Source: Monocercomonoides exilis PA203
Taxonomy: Eukaryota > Protista > Preaxostyla
Direction: 5' to 3'
Assembly (NCBI GenBank): GCA_001643675.2
Contig: LSRY02000049.1
Location: 310,001-374,000 of the forward strand
Length of the DNA stretch: 64,000 bases
Of the stretch, positions 61,901 to 64,000 are shown piece by piece. How positions within the stretch are numbered: the stretch's first letter is position 1; each line of letters begins with the position of its first letter. The position numbers and the translations under genes were made by a program. The notes beneath the pieces are model-generated. The model was not told the origin of the DNA and did no database searches. It saw nothing but the letters and a program-made list of their open reading frames with translations.

Positions 61901-64000
61901 CGTATTCTGATGATGTGCGTGTGACAGCAGGTGATGTCTGGCTGAATGGAGAAGAGATCGAGTGTCCCTGTAGATGCACTGGAGTGTGCTGATGCTGATT
62001 CTGTTGTTGCATCTGCTGTAGCTGCTGCATCTGGTGTGTCTGCTGTGAATGCGAAAGAGAAGTGATATTGTGTGAGTGCTGCTTCTGCTGGAAGAAGCTC
62101 TGGAATTCAGAGGGAGACGAAGGCTGTGGTGAGTGCAAGTACAGCAAGGATTGCGTGTCTTCGTCGATTGGATTCATTCCTCGTGGCGATGGTGATTCTG
62201 CTGATTGAGAGGAAGAAATGGAAGAAGATGTCTTCATTGAGTCAAAGGAAGAGAAGTCGTCGAAGGAGGAAGCGAGGCGAGGCAAGCGTGGCGGCACTGG
62301 ACTGGCACGGTGCAATACATTTGAGTCGAAGGAGCCTTGATAAGAGGATGAAATAGAAGGTTCTGTGTATGATTTTATAGAAGAAGAAGAAGAAGAAGAA
62401 GAGGAGGAGGAGGAGGAAGTAGGAGAGGAGGAAGAAGAAGCAGAGAACGAAAGAGGAGTCGAATCTGACACACGCATCTCAGAAGCAATGGATGATGCTG
62501 TGTCTATCCCAGTCTGAGGCACATGGAATATGGATGAATCAGCAGAAGTCGCTGGATGCAACTGATGAGAGCCGGAAAGAGAAGGAGAGTGAGAAAACTG
62601 ATAAGACAAGTTGGATGCAGTGGAAGGAGGCATTGCAGGAGAATGAGGGGGAGAAGGGGAAGGGGAAGGGGAAGGAGAAGGTGAAGACGAGGAAGAAGAA
62701 GGAGAATGCAAACTTGTGCGTGAATTCGAAGGAGATTGCGCTTCATCCTTTGAATACAAAGCAGAAGCAGAGGAAGAGCCATTCATAGAAGAAGAAGAAG
62801 AAGGAGGAGGAGGAGGTGAGCGATGTGAGTCAATGGCAGAGTAATAAGGAGACATAGCAGGAGGCGAGCGGAATCCGGGGTGTATGTTTGCTTGTAGCTG
62901 AAAGGGCGCTTGAGAAGAGAAGGAAGAGAGTGAGACAGTCTCTGCTGTCACATCTGCTGCCTGGCTGCCTTCACTCAGCTCAGTCATCACACTATATGAG
63001 CTCTGAATATCTGGCTCGATTTGTTCAATGGAAGTGCTTGTGTGTTTTTTGTGGGATTTCTTCTTCTTCTTTGAGCGGGCGAGCTTGCCTTCTGCTGCTG
63101 CTCCATCATTATTCACTTTCTCTGACTTCTGCTTCTGCTTTTGTTTCTTCTTCTTTCTCTTCTTTTTCTTTGTTGTTGTCAATGTATTTATCTTTTCCTT
63201 CGGTGTTTCAAACTGTGTTATCCTACCAAATTCAATATTCTTCTCACTCTCAATAGAACTCAAAGAAGAAGCAGAAGAAGCAGAAGCAGCCACCTCATCA
63301 CCTCCTGCCTCTTTCTCTGAAGGCTCATGCAATGTTCCCAGCGTAGACTGATCTGATAGTGTTGCAGATGTGTTGGCCTTAGCTACACTTGCTTCTTCTT
63401 CATCTTCCACCTTTTCATCTTCGTCGTCCTCTCCTTCTTCTTCCTCACCGTCCTCTTCCTCTTCTCCCTCTTCTTCGCTCTCTTCTTCATATGACTCATC
63501 ACCTTCTTCTTCTTCATCTTCCATGCTTTCATATTCATCCTCGCTTTCTTCACCTGCTGCTCCTCTTTCGTTGTCAGATCCATCTTCAGATTCATCGTCA
63601 TAAGCCTTCACATTCATAAGCGATTCTTTCCCTTCTCCTTTCACCTCACTCGAATGCTGATAACTTGATTGGCTTTGCTTCTCAACTCCGCTGGTATTAA
63701 TCTCTGTATTATTATTATTATTGTTATTACTTTGTTCTGTTTGAGATAAAATGGATGTCTGAAGAACAGAAGGAGGCTCCTGTGAAGATGCTGCGATAGA
63801 CGAGACATCAGCAGAAGCTCCTGTGCAAAATGACGAGTGAGAAAGAGCTGCATCATTTGGCAGTCCAACTGGAGCAGATGGAGTCAAAGAACCTGAAGAC
63901 AGGGCTCCTACTGAAGGTGGTGTGATAACAAATGATGAAGAGTCATTGTAATGAGAAGAAGAAGATGATGATGGTGAAGGATGAGAAAGTGTGTTGAAAG
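58902..64000 (-). CDS. HPS1: HPS1-like (BLOC-3 subunit; Mon1/HPS1/Fuzzy longin family) with massive Ser-rich insertions; 5' end lies outside the window
   Basis: VISYLQNEKFRELVHFVFVDRSSNTAQSP resembles HPS1 SYLEDFPGLVHFIYVDR..GQMVAP. The later AREMLSFGNSVLCVRWGG and ICEVYGVY...KCLW match the HPS1 C-terminal longin pattern. The three ORFs link through GT-AG introns. Confidence 0.65.

Noticed and set aside
59250-63560. (GAA)n/(GAG)n tracts and the plus-strand Glu/Lys-rich ORFs they generate
   Set aside because: Antisense of poly-Ser coding microsatellites in the minus-strand gene; not separate genes or CRISPR-like arrays.
1-64000. Alternative genetic code (TAA/TAG read as Gln, as in some metamonads)
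   Set aside because: Conserved genes end at TAA (RPS7, UGGT), TAG (V-ATPase c) and TGA (SMC1, TatD), and long exons contain no in-frame TAR.

Overview
Gene-dense, intron-rich eukaryotic genomic DNA using the standard genetic code, with short AT-rich spliceosomal introns and flagellar genes. The gene families and style suggest an anaerobic metamonad such as the oxymonad Monocercomonoides (inference, not proven). Reconstructed genes, left to right: a 5'-truncated membrane protein ending in a hemerythrin-like domain, cyclophilin PPIL3, cohesin SMC1, V-ATPase subunit c, RIB43A-like, UMP1/POMP, a giant intronless beta-helix receptor with a pseudokinase tail (one-base frameshift in a homopolymer), FKBP15, nicotinamidase, CFAP53, RPS7, CTF8, a 5-exon beta-helix type-I membrane protein, a second giant receptor-pseudokinase paralogue, a TA-flanked MITE, TatD, a small hypothetical ORF, an enlarged UGGT, and a 5'-truncated Ser-expanded HPS1-like gene. 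Strongest novelty candidates: (i) a variant-receptor system with divergent, modular, compositionally mosaic ectodomains on a homogenised C-lobe-only pseudokinase tail; (ii) a membrane sensor whose hemerythrin domain has lost both His ligands of the O2-binding iron. No rRNA, tRNA or CRISPR was recognised. All calls are by-eye motif recognition; no database searches were run.
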